DNA of 64,000 nucleotides from an uncultured delta proteobacterium (GTDB lineage Bacteria; Desulfobacterota; Binatia; DP-6), in assembly GCA_963815115.1 (NCBI GenBank), contig CAWFFN010000012.1, positions 844,231 through 908,230 on the forward strand, in the 5' to 3' direction. Within the stretch, counting starts at the first letter, position 1, and the number at the start of each line of letters is the position of its first letter. Position numbers and translations under genes: made by a program. Below are positions 30,810 to 39,649 of this stretch, piece after piece. The notes beneath the pieces were generated by a model. The model made no database searches. It was not told the origin of the DNA and saw nothing but the letters and a program-made list of their open reading frames with translations.

Positions 30810-31136
30810 ATGCCCATCTACGGTGCCATCGTCGAGTTCCTGCAGGCCACGATCGCCCTCATCGCGATCGCCAACCCGTTCGCTGCCGGTCTTCCTGTCG
30901 CTCGTCGCCACCAGCAACCCGACGGCCAGGCGAACCGCGTGGTGATGGCGGTTGCGGTCGTGGCCGCGGTCGTCTGGCTGGTGCTGTCCGGATTCCTGCA
31001 CCGCCGGATCGGCCTCCGGGGGGAGGCCATCGTGGTCCGGTTCATGGGACTGGTGCTGGTCGCCATCGGGGCGCAGCTGGTCCTGGCCGGGATCGGCGAC
31101 TTCTTCGGCGCTACCAGCGATCGCCGGGCGGGTTGA
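30810..31136 (+). pseudogene. MarC family membrane protein with internal deletion
   Basis: MarC N-motif (F...IALIAIANPF) and C-motif (RFMGLVLVAIGAQLVLAG) are joined in only 108 aa, about half the usual length. Confidence 0.68.
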
Positions 31137-31435
31137 TCTCCGGGATGCGACTCATCGGATTGACTTTCCGCGGACCATGACGGATGGAATGCCGGCTGGC
31201 GTAGGCATCACGCACGGAGCGCAGCGAATCGAGAGCGCCCTCGGACGGAAGGCGAAGACGCATGGCCAGACCTGACGCGCCGCAGCCGCCCACCTTCTTC
31301 GAAGCGGCTCTCCCGGTGGCCAGCCCCGTCCTCCTCGTCGGGCTAGCACCGAATTGACTCTCGCGGATGGAGACCGTATCGGCGCGCGTGCTGCCAGTGG
31401 CCGATGGTTCCACAGACGACTGAAGGAGGACCGGG

Positions 31436-31612
31436 ATGAAGAAGACGACGCTGATGGCGCTGTTCCTCGTCGCTCTCGCGGGCTGCGCCGCGAAGAAGCA
31501 GATGGTCGTGCAGCAGGCGACCGACGAGTGCCTCGCCGCGAAGGATGCAGCCCAGCGGGCGGCGGCCTCGTGCGAGGCCTGCTGTAACAATCGTCCCGCG
31601 ATGCGCAAATAG
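31436..31612 (+). CDS. small Ala-zipper (Lpp/OprI-like) lipoprotein, 58 aa, absent from the ORF track
   Basis: AAGGAGG SD. MKKTTLMALFLVALAG-C lipobox, Ala-rich helix, ends ...AMRK*. Confidence 0.8.
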   Translation: MKKTTLMALFLVALAGCAAKKQMVVQQATDECLAAKDAAQRAAASCEACCNNRPAMRK

Positions 31613-31756
31613 CAGCGCCCTCCACGATGCGCCCGTCCGCCCAGGGTGACGGGCTTCGTCGAGGCGCTGGGTCACCGAGGGTGTCGGCCACACAATCGGG
31701 GTTTCTCCCGCCGCACCGATGACTCGTCGCGCGATCTGCGCCGCGGGCCGACGCCC

Positions 31757-32266
31757 GTGAGCGCGCCCGTGGCCACACCGGGGCGGTGGGCGCCCGCCGC
31801 GGTGACGCGAGGGTGCGCCTTCCTCACGCTCTGGGTGGTGCTCATCGGGGTCGACGCGGGGTCCTTCGTGGTCGGCCTGCTCGCCGCTGGGGCGGCGGCC
31901 TGGGTCAGCCTGCGGTTGCTGCCCCCGGGAAGCATCCCGCTCCGGCCAGCGGCCCTGCCGTCGCTCGCGCTGCGCTTCGCGTGGAAGTCGGTGGTCGCCG
32001 GGTGGGACATCGCGCGGCGCGCACTCGATCCGCGCTTGCCGGTGCGGCCCGGCTTCGTGGTCTATCCGGTGGGCTTCGCGCGCGGCCCGGTGCGCAACCT
32101 CTTCACCACACTGACGAGCTTGCTGCCGGGCAGCGTTCCCGCCGGCGACGACGGCGGCACGCTGCTCTATCACTGTCTCGACGTGGAGCAACCGGTGGCC
32201 GCGCAGCTCGCCGCAGAGGAAGCGGTGCTGTCCCGGGCGCTCCGCGGATCGCCTGGCGATGACTGA
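31757..32266 (+). CDS. mrpE: Mrp/Mnh Na+/H+ antiporter subunit E
   Basis: LW.VL...G, S..AG.DIARRA.DP...V.PGFV.YP, SLLPG. Start is approximate. Confidence 0.8.
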   Translation: MSAPVATPGRWAPAAVTRGCAFLTLWVVLIGVDAGSFVVGLLAAGAAAWVSLRLLPPGSIPLRPAALPSLALRFAWKSVVAGWDIARRALDPRLPVRPGFVVYPVGFARGPVRNLFTTLTSLLPGSVPAGDDGGTLLYHCLDVEQPVAAQLAAEEAVLSRALRGSPGDD

Positions 32267-32540
32267 GTTCCTGCTCGCCGCTTCGGCCTTCGTCCTCGCC
32301 ATGGTGGCGCTGGGGTTGATCCGCGTCCTCCGCGGGCCGGACAACGCCGACCGGATGATGGCGGCGCAGCTGCTGGGCACCGGCGGCATCGCGGCGCTCC
32401 TGCTCCTGGGGACGGCGGCCCGCGAGGCGGCCATCGCGGACGTCGCGCTGACGCTGGCGCTGCTCGCGACGTTCGCCGCCATCGCGTTCGTCAAGAAGGG
32501 GAGCCCCCGGGCGCCGGACGCTCCGGAGAGCGCCGAATGA
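32259..32540 (+). CDS. mrpF: Mrp/Mnh antiporter subunit F
   Basis: RVLRGP..ADRMMA and DVAL.LALLA. Confidence 0.85.
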   Translation: MTEFLLAASAFVLAMVALGLIRVLRGPDNADRMMAAQLLGTGGIAALLLLGTAAREAAIADVALTLALLATFAAIAFVKKGSPRAPDAPESAE

Positions 32541-32830
32541 GCGCCCTGGCCGATCTACTGACCATCGTCGCCGTCTCCGCCGGGGCGTTCTTCTTCCTCG
32601 CGGGCACGGTCGGCTTGCTCCGCTTTCCCGATACGCTCACCCGGCTGCACGCGCTCACCAAGGCGGACAATCTCGGCCTCGGCCTGGTGGTGCTCGGCCT
32701 GCTGCCGCGGGCTGGCGGTCCGACCAGTGCGCTCAAGCTGGTCTGCGTCTGGCTGCTCGTCCTGCTGGGCAGCGCCACGGCGTCCCAGCTGATCGCGCGC
32801 GCCGTGCGAAGCGACGGACCGTCGGCATGA
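32537..32830 (+). CDS. mrpG: Mrp/Mnh antiporter subunit G
   Basis: GTVGLLRFPD..TRLHALTKAD.LG. Confidence 0.9.
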   Translation: MSALADLLTIVAVSAGAFFFLAGTVGLLRFPDTLTRLHALTKADNLGLGLVVLGLLPRAGGPTSALKLVCVWLLVLLGSATASQLIARAVRSDGPSA

Positions 32831-33774
32831 CAACGTGGCAGGGGTTCGACGTCGTTCTGGCCGTCCTGGTCCTGCCGCTCGCCGTCTGGACGATCGCGGC
32901 GCGCCAGACTTTCGTGGCGGTCGTGAGCTTCGTCGCCTACGGGCTGCTCCTGGCGCTCATCTGGGTGCGCGTGTCCGCCCCCGATGTGGCGCTGGCCGTG
33001 GCGGCGATCGGCAGCGGCCTCAGCGGCGTGCTGCTGCTCGGCACCGCGGCGCGCCTGCGCGACACCGAGGAGCAGGCGGAGGCGGAGCGTCCCGGGGCGC
33101 TGCTGCGCGTGGGGGCCGCTGCCCTCTCCGCGACGGTGGCAGCGGGGCTCGCCGCCGCCCTGGTGTTCCTGCCCGAGCCTGCCCCGACGCTCGCGCCGGC
33201 CGCGGCCGACAACCTCGCGGCGACCGGCGTCGGCAACCCGGTGACGGCCGTCCTGATGGCGTTTCGCGCGATGGACACCCTGCTGGAGAAGATCGTGCTC
33301 ATGCTCGCGCTGATCGGCGTGTGGTCGCTCGCGCCCGATCGGGTCTGGGGCGGCCGGCCGGGACCGCGTCATCAAGCGGATTCGTACGGTGTGCTCGTTT
33401 TCCTCGCGCGCCTCCTGCCCCCGGTCGGCGTGGTGGTGGGCCTCTACCTCCTCTGGGTGAGCGCCGACGAGCCGGGCGGGGCGTTCCAGGGCAGCACGAT
33501 CCTCGCCGCAATGTGGCTGCTGACCATGCTCGCCGGACTGGCGGATACACCCCCGGTGAGCAGCCGCCGGCTGCGTCTGGCGCTCATCTCCGGCCCGGCG
33601 ATCTTCCTCATGGTCGGCCTCGCGGGACTCTGGCTGGGCGACGCGTTCCTCGCCTATCCCGCGGCGTGGGCCAAGGCGCTCATCGTGATCATCGAGATCG
33701 GGATGCTGCTGACGGTTTCGCTGACTCTCGGCCTGCTGGTGGCGGGTCCGCCAGAACGGAGCGCGCGGCAGTGA
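32827..33774 (+). CDS. mrpB: Mrp/Mnh subunit B-like (DUF4040 plus MnhB domains)
   Basis: APDVAL, NPVTAVL..FRA.DTL.E and PGGAFQG. Confidence 0.82.
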   Translation: MTTWQGFDVVLAVLVLPLAVWTIAARQTFVAVVSFVAYGLLLALIWVRVSAPDVALAVAAIGSGLSGVLLLGTAARLRDTEEQAEAERPGALLRVGAAALSATVAAGLAAALVFLPEPAPTLAPAAADNLAATGVGNPVTAVLMAFRAMDTLLEKIVLMLALIGVWSLAPDRVWGGRPGPRHQADSYGVLVFLARLLPPVGVVVGLYLLWVSADEPGGAFQGSTILAAMWLLTMLAGLADTPPVSSRRLRLALISGPAIFLMVGLAGLWLGDAFLAYPAAWAKALIVIIEIGMLLTVSLTLGLLVAGPPERSARQ

Positions 33775-34112
33775 ATCCGGTGACCGTGTGCTGGCTCTGG
33801 GGTGCGGCGGCAGTGGGCCTGGGCCTCTACGGCATGATCGTGAGCCCGCAGCCGCTGCGACGGATCCTCGCCTTCGATCTGCTCGGCAGCGGCGTGTTCC
33901 TCCTCCTCGGCGTAGTTTCCCGCCGCGGCGCCGCGGCGGGATTCGGCGGCGATCCGGTCGGACAGGCGCTGATCATCACGGGGGTCGTCGTCGCGTTCGC
34001 CGCGACGGCGGTCACCTGTGCACTCTGGCTGCGGCTGTTCCAGGAAACGGGCTCGGCCACGCTGCCGGACGCCGCGCCGACCGGGGCAGGTGCCGAGGCG
34101 ACCGACGCCTGA
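33771..34112 (+). CDS. mrpC: Mrp/Mnh antiporter subunit C
   Basis: GTG start overlaps the mrpB stop. GLYG...LRRILA and DPV.QALIITGVVVAFA.TA. Confidence 0.85.
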   Translation: MNPVTVCWLWGAAAVGLGLYGMIVSPQPLRRILAFDLLGSGVFLLLGVVSRRGAAAGFGGDPVGQALIITGVVVAFAATAVTCALWLRLFQETGSATLPDAAPTGAGAEATDA

Positions 34113-35881
34113 TGCTCGACCCGGCGCCGGCTCTGGAAGCGGTGGCCACGTCGGGCGGCTCGCTGCTCGTCCTGGCGCTCGTGCTGCCGGTGGCGGCCAT
34201 GCTGCTCGCCTTCGCGGCAGGTGGGCGTCACGCCGAGCGGATCGCGCTGGCGACGTTGCCGCTCGGCCTCGTGATCGCGGTGACGATCGTCGCGTCGCTG
34301 CTGCGGGCCGGCGGCCCGCTCGTCTATCTGCTCGGCGGATGGGCGCCGCCGCTCGGCCTCGTGCTGCGCGCCGACTCCCTGGCTGCGGTCATGCTGCTCA
34401 CGACCGCGGTCGTGATCTGCGCGGTCGGCGCCTTCGCGCGCGCGGAGTTCCACACCCCGGAGGGGACGCCCGAGGCCCGCGCGCCGCTCGCCTTCTGGCT
34501 CTTGCTGCTCGCGGTCTGGGCCGGGCTCGACACCGTGTTCCTGGCCGGGGATCTCTTCACCTTGTACGTCGCGCTGGAGCTGCTGACCTTCGCAGCGGTC
34601 CCGCTGGTCTGCCTGGACGGCCGCGCGCCCACGCTCGCGGCCGCGCTGCGCTACGCGCTCTTCGCGCTCATCGGATCGGTTCTCTACCTCGTCGGGACGG
34701 TGCTTCTCTATGGCGCGCACGGCGTGCTCGATCTGGTGCTGCTGTCGCATCGGATCCAGGCCGACCCCACGACGCTCATCGCCGTCGCGCTGATGACGGT
34801 CGGGCTCCTCGCCAAGACCGCGCTCTTTCCCCTGCATCTCTGGCTGCCCCCCGCGCATGCGGGCGCACCTGCTCCCGCCAGCGCCGTGCTCTCGGCGCTG
34901 GTGGTGAAGGGGTCGTTCTTCATCGTCATCCGATTGTGGTTCGGGGTGATGCCGGCGCTCCCGGGTGTCCCCGCCTGCCAGCTGCTCGCCGCGCTAGGTG
35001 CCGCCGCGATCGTGGTCGGCAGCGTGGTGGCGTTGCGCCAGGAACGACTGAAGCTGCTCATCGCGTACTCGACGCTCGCGCAGATCGGCTATCTGTTCCT
35101 GATGTTTCCGCTCGCATACCATGCGACGTCGGGGCGGCTGGAGAGCGGCGGCGCGCTGGCGGGGGGACTCCTGCAGGCGATCTCGCACGCCACGGCGAAG
35201 GCCGCGATGTTCATGGCGGCGGGACTGGTGTACGCGGCGCTGGGTCATGATCGCATCGCGGGCCTCGGTGGCATCGCCCGGGCGCTGCCGATGACCGTCC
35301 TGGCCTTCGCGGTGGGCGGAGCGTCGCTGGTCGGCATGCCTCCCAGCGGCGCCTACCTGGCAAAGGAGCTGTTGCTCGGAGCGGCGGCGGAGACCCATCA
35401 GTGGTGGTGGGCCGTCGTGCTCCAGGCGGGGGGCTGGTTCACCAGCGGCTACCTCGTCCTGGTGCTCGCGCATGCGCTCGGACCGGGGACGGGGCCGGTG
35501 ACGCCGCGCGCGCCCGTCGCGCGCAGTCGGCAGGCGGTCGCTCTCGCGCTCGCGCTGTGCTCGTTGACGCTCGGACTCCTGCCCTGGAGGGGGCTGCTCC
35601 CGATCGCTCCCGGCGCGCAGTCGAATCCGCTCGCGCTGGCGGCGTTCGCGAAGACCCTGTGGCCGATCCTGGGTGGGGCCGCGCTGGCCATCCTGCTCGG
35701 GCGCTGGGGGCGCCCGCTCCCGCGTCCGGTGACGTCGGCCGGTCCCGTCCGACGCGCGGCCCTCGCCGCGAGCCGGGCCCTCGAGCGGATCGACGGCCAG
35801 CTACAGCGCTGGCCGGTAGCCGGCATGTCCCTCCTGGCGCTGGCGGTCGCGTTCGGGGTGGCCATGCTGGCCGTCCGATGA
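34112..35881 (+). CDS. mrpD: Mrp/Mnh antiporter subunit D (complex I ND2/4/5-like)
   Basis: GGWAPPLG..L.AD, DLFTLYVALE, K.ALFPLHLWLP.AH and HA.AKAAMF. Confidence 0.88.
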   Translation: MLDPAPALEAVATSGGSLLVLALVLPVAAMLLAFAAGGRHAERIALATLPLGLVIAVTIVASLLRAGGPLVYLLGGWAPPLGLVLRADSLAAVMLLTTAVVICAVGAFARAEFHTPEGTPEARAPLAFWLLLLAVWAGLDTVFLAGDLFTLYVALELLTFAAVPLVCLDGRAPTLAAALRYALFALIGSVLYLVGTVLLYGAHGVLDLVLLSHRIQADPTTLIAVALMTVGLLAKTALFPLHLWLPPAHAGAPAPASAVLSALVVKGSFFIVIRLWFGVMPALPGVPACQLLAALGAAAIVVGSVVALRQERLKLLIAYSTLAQIGYLFLMFPLAYHATSGRLESGGALAGGLLQAISHATAKAAMFMAAGLVYAALGHDRIAGLGGIARALPMTVLAFAVGGASLVGMPPSGAYLAKELLLGAAAETHQWWWAVVLQAGGWFTSGYLVLVLAHALGPGTGPVTPRAPVARSRQAVALALALCSLTLGLLPWRGLLPIAPGAQSNPLALAAFAKTLWPILGGAALAILLGRWGRPLPRPVTSAGPVRRAALAASRALERIDGQLQRWPVAGMSLLALAVAFGVAMLAVR

Positions 35882-35985
35882 TGAACGACATGAGGAACGT
35901 CGAGTACCGACCCAGTGCAGCGGAGTGAACGGGTAGAGCCGGGAAGTTCCCCACGCGCGATGTGTGCGGGTGGAGGACACGTCGC

Positions 35986-37239
35986 TCAGGGTAGTCCCGG
36001 CGCGGCAGCACCTTCGTCCCGCGAAGGTTCCGTCGATGAACCCCGCAGATCGTGTGCCAGCGGCGAGGACTGCGGCGTCACGATGTCGAATGATCGTGCC
36101 TCGTGTGCGGGTGGCGCCACGCGCGTGATCCGGGACCACGCCAGCGTGGCGAGCACGAGCGCCGTGACGGCGAGAAAGTAGAGGACGCCGTTGATGCCGA
36201 AGCCCGCCATGATCCAGGTGCCGAGCAGGGGACCGATCACCGAGCCGATACCGCTCACCAGGATGAGCCTGCCGCTCACCGCAACGACGCGGTCGGCGGG
36301 CATGGAATCGTGCGCGTGGGCGACGCACACCGGGTAGAGCGTCGAGAGGAATCCACCGAGCAGGGCGGCAACCGTCAGGACGACGGGCATGCCGTGCGGC
36401 AGGAGGACGAGAGCGACGGCCGCGACTGCAAAGCCGAGAGCCAGCGCGGCCAGGACCCGGCGCCGGTCGGTGCGGTCCGACCACCAGCCGACCGGGATCT
36501 GGAACGCCAACCCCCCGACCACGGCCGCGAACATGAACAGCGCGATCGTCGAGCGCTCGATCGCCTCGCCCTGCGCCCATGCCGGGAGGAGCGAGTAGAA
36601 GGTGCCGCTCATCATGCCGCTCAGCGCGCAGCCGGCGACCGCGATCGGCGCCGCGCGCGCGAGCTGGCTCATCGGGAGCGTCGGGCCCGCGATGATCTGT
36701 GGAGCCTCGGCCCGCGTCGTGCTGACCATCACGAGCGCGAGGGCGAACAGCGCGACGATCGCGTTGAACGGTCGGGCCGAGGCGACGTCCGCCTTCGCGA
36801 TGAGTAGCTGCCCGGCGGCGAGCGCGGCGAACGTGCCGACCATGTAGATCGCGAAGACCCGCCCGCGCTGGCTGGCCGGGGCCTTCGCGTTCAGCCAGCT
36901 CTCGGTCGTGATGAAGAGCCCGGCGCAACCGAACCCGACCACGGCGCGCAGCACCAGCCAGGCGATCGGGCCGACCCAGAGCGGCATGACCGCGGTTGCG
37001 GCCGCCACCAGGCCGGCGAACGCCGCGTAGGCACGGATGTGCCCGACGCGCTCGATGATCCGTCCACAGCCCACCGCGGCCAGCGTGAACCCGGCGAAGT
37101 AGCTGCTCAGCACCACACCGGCGAGGGTCGAGCCGAAGTCCTCGATCGCCACCCGCAAGGAGATGAGCGTTCCGAAGAAGCCGTTGGCGAGCTGGACGAG
37201 ACTGGTCGCCAGAATGAGCGTGCCGATCGCAGCGCGCAT
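35986..37239 (-). CDS. MFS transporter (YcaD-like)
   Basis: About 12 TM helices. Motifs IERVGHIRAY, ESWLN and QIPVGWWSDRTDRR. Confidence 0.88.
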   Translation of the reverse strand: MRAAIGTLILATSLVQLANGFFGTLISLRVAIEDFGSTLAGVVLSSYFAGFTLAAVGCGRIIERVGHIRAYAAFAGLVAAATAVMPLWVGPIAWLVLRAVVGFGCAGLFITTESWLNAKAPASQRGRVFAIYMVGTFAALAAGQLLIAKADVASARPFNAIVALFALALVMVSTTRAEAPQIIAGPTLPMSQLARAAPIAVAGCALSGMMSGTFYSLLPAWAQGEAIERSTIALFMFAAVVGGLAFQIPVGWWSDRTDRRRVLAALALGFAVAAVALVLLPHGMPVVLTVAALLGGFLSTLYPVCVAHAHDSMPADRVVAVSGRLILVSGIGSVIGPLLGTWIMAGFGINGVLYFLAVTALVLATLAWSRITRVAPPAHEARSFDIVTPQSSPLAHDLRGSSTEPSRDEGAAAPGLP

Positions 37240-37387
37240 GGACGTCACCGTTTCCGCGCCGTGAGGACAGGCATGCAGGGCGGCACGAGCCGATCGTCAG
37301 TGAGCCGGATAGACCGGGCTGCCTTCTTGGATCGCTCGGCCCTGGCCCGCGTGGTGAGCTCGCCGCCGGACCGCGGTCCGACGCTCC

Positions 37388-37825
37388 TTAGGGGGTGAAC
37401 TGGACGCCGATGACGTCGTCGCTCCAGAGCTTCCAGGCGCGGGCGAATTCGTCCCGGTGGAACAGCACGACGCTGTCGGTGACGTTGCTCTGGAAGCCAG
37501 TGCTGCCGGGAGGCGCCATGGTCTTCATCTTGACGCGGGCGAAGGCGAACTCGTTGTCGTGGCCGATGTACTGGTAGTCGACCAGTGTCACCTTGATGTC
37601 GCCCTCGCGGAACTGGTCCGACAGGATCGCCTTGGTCGCCTCGAACCCGGGTGATTGGGGGTGCAGCGTGCGCAGGAACGCATCGGTGTCCCTGGCATCG
37701 TAGGCGCGTACGTTCTCCTCGACGACCCCCCGCAGAGCCGTGCCGAGCTTGTCGTCGGCCGCACGGGCCGTGACCGCGAGGCCGAGGAGTGTCGCCAGCA
37801 CCACGCCTGCTCGAGACGTCATCAT
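37388..37825 (-). CDS. secreted NTF2/SnoaL-like protein
   Basis: GAGGAGG SD, signal peptide, N..AY...D....TLHP.SP and C-terminal WKLW. Confidence 0.65.
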   Translation of the reverse strand: MMTSRAGVVLATLLGLAVTARAADDKLGTALRGVVEENVRAYDARDTDAFLRTLHPQSPGFEATKAILSDQFREGDIKVTLVDYQYIGHDNEFAFARVKMKTMAPPGSTGFQSNVTDSVVLFHRDEFARAWKLWSDDVIGVQFTP

Positions 37826-37845
37826 CGTCGCCCTCCTCGAGCCGA

Positions 37846-38238
37846 TCATGAAAGCACCTGGTGGCCGCGGTTCCGCATGCACTGGTTGAAGGCGCGCTGG
37901 AAGGCGGAGTTCGTTTGCGTGCCCCGGATGGCTCCTCCACCGATCCCGCCGGCCGCCGCGCCGATCATGGCCCCGCGTCCGGCACTGCCGGAAGCCGCCC
38001 CGATCGCCGCGCCTGCTGCAGCCCCGAGCAGGCCACCCCCGACGGCACCCTGCGCGGTCTGCCCCGTCGTGGATCCCGATACCTGCATCGCGAGCTGGCG
38101 GCACTCCTGCTGGTCACGGGTGACGAACTGCGCCCGCGAGCTGCCGTAGGTATCGACCGTGGGTGTCCATTGCGTCTGGCTCACACAACCCGACAGCGCT
38201 GTCGCGCACAATCCGAGCATCAGAGCGATCTTCCTCAT
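37846..38238 (-). CDS. glycine-zipper lipoprotein
   Basis: GGAGG SD, lipobox LSGC, D..EC, GAVGGGLLGAAAGAAIGA and C-terminal CM.NRG. Confidence 0.82.
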   Translation of the reverse strand: MRKIALMLGLCATALSGCVSQTQWTPTVDTYGSSRAQFVTRDQQECRQLAMQVSGSTTGQTAQGAVGGGLLGAAAGAAIGAASGSAGRGAMIGAAAGGIGGGAIRGTQTNSAFQRAFNQCMRNRGHQVLS

Positions 38239-38543
38239 TGACCAGCCTCCATGATGCCGATGGTGAGAACCGAACCCGCGGCCGACGCGCAATCCGCTCT
38301 CCGGCGCCGCGGGCGCGCCTACATAATCGGGCCTGACCGGGCGGGTCAAGCAAGGCGTGCAGCTCCTGCTTCCGTGTATCCAATCGGATGCGGGTAGCCG
38401 GTGAATACGGTTCCACGAGCTGTACCCCGCCGAGCATCGGACGGCGGCTCGGCGATGGTGTCCGCTCAACGTCGCCTGGACAAGGGACCCCCGAGTGGCC
38501 TCGCGCGCCGGACCTCGTTGACATGAGCGACGCCACGGGCTCA

Positions 38544-38582
38544 GAGTGCGGGCCCTGCCGCCGATCCCGGCGGCAGGCACTC
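38544..38582 (+). promoter_or_regulatory. long hairpin in a 5' leader, downstream of a TTGACA box
   Basis: 10-bp stem CCTGCCGCCG/CGGCGGCAGG extended by GAGTG/CACTC. TTGACA lies at 38518-38523. Confidence 0.4.
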
Positions 38583-38599
38583 AAACTCGGAGGTGGTGG

Positions 38600-39037
38600 A
38601 TGCGTAAACTGGCACTCGGTCTCGTGGTCGCAGCAACGTTGAGCATGCCGCTGTCGACGGCTCTGGCGAAGGGGAAGGCTCCCGATGCCACACTTCAGCT
38701 CAACCAGGGGTCGGTCGCGGTAGGGATCGGCTTCAGCTGGGGCGGTGGGACGCTCACGTACCGCGGCAAGCGGTACCCGGTGGACGTCGACGGTCTGACG
38801 GTCGGGTCGGTGGGCGTCTCCAAAGCGACCGCGTCGGGTAGCGTCTACAACCTGAAGAAGCTCGAGGACTTCAATGGCACCTACACCGCGGTCGGCGCGG
38901 GTGCCACCGTCGCGGGCGGCGGCAGCGTCGCGACGATGCGGAACCAGAACGGCGTGCGGGTCACGCTCAGGTCGACCAGCCGGGGCCTCAAGTTCACGCT
39001 CGGCGCCTCCGGCGTGAGCATGAACATCAAGCAGTAG
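38600..39037 (+). CDS. DUF1134/EipA-like secreted protein
   Basis: GGAGG SD, signal peptide, GIG.SWG.G.L, VYNL..LEDF.GTY and M.NQNGV. Confidence 0.72.
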   Translation: MRKLALGLVVAATLSMPLSTALAKGKAPDATLQLNQGSVAVGIGFSWGGGTLTYRGKRYPVDVDGLTVGSVGVSKATASGSVYNLKKLEDFNGTYTAVGAGATVAGGGSVATMRNQNGVRVTLRSTSRGLKFTLGASGVSMNIKQ

Positions 39038-39225
39038 CGCGGAGAGCGCGGACCCGTTCTCCGCCGCCGAGTCGTTTCATCCCGGCGGGCGTGACCGGCG
39101 CCCGCACCCTGTGCCGGTTCAGCGGCAGGTGCGGGCGCGTACGGGGCTCGATCTGCGGGCGTGACCGGAGCGGCGCAGCCCGTTCTTGTTGACCGCCTCG
39201 CAGGGTTCATGGAAGGAGTCCTGCG

Positions 39226-39636
39226 ATGAAGAACGTCGCGTCGCTCGCCGCCGCTGTCGCGATCGTCACCGCACTGCTTCCGGGCGCCATCACGGAGGCG
39301 CGCACCGGGCCACGTCTCCACATGCTCCGTCTGGACGGTTACGTCGGCGACCCGCCGGCGGGACGGCGCGAGCGAGCGGATCTGCGGATACGGGCCGGGA
39401 AGAAGGACATGCGCTTCCAGGTCACCGCAGCGACCGTGACGTCCGGCGACATCACGCCGTCCACCATCTTCAACCGTGTACGGCCGTATCGGCCGAACTT
39501 CATCCTGCGCGGCAAGCGGGAGCTGATCCAGCGGATAGAGAACGCGGCGCCCGGTGATCGGTTCCGCATCGTGGGCGGATGGCGCTCGGGGTCGCGCGAC
39601 CTCATGGTGTCGTCGGTCGAGCCGGCGAAGCCGTGA
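39226..39636 (+). CDS. secreted hypothetical protein
   Basis: AAGGAG SD, signal peptide, coding-like composition. Confidence 0.6.
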   Translation: MKNVASLAAAVAIVTALLPGAITEARTGPRLHMLRLDGYVGDPPAGRRERADLRIRAGKKDMRFQVTAATVTSGDITPSTIFNRVRPYRPNFILRGKRELIQRIENAAPGDRFRIVGGWRSGSRDLMVSSVEPAKP

Positions 39637-39649
39637 TCGGTCGCCGCCG

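Noticed and set aside
31159-31372. Two similar ATTGACT..C(C)GCGGA segments upstream of the Lpp-like gene
   Set aside because: They are short and imperfect. They may be tandem -35 boxes, but no clear -10 elements support a call.
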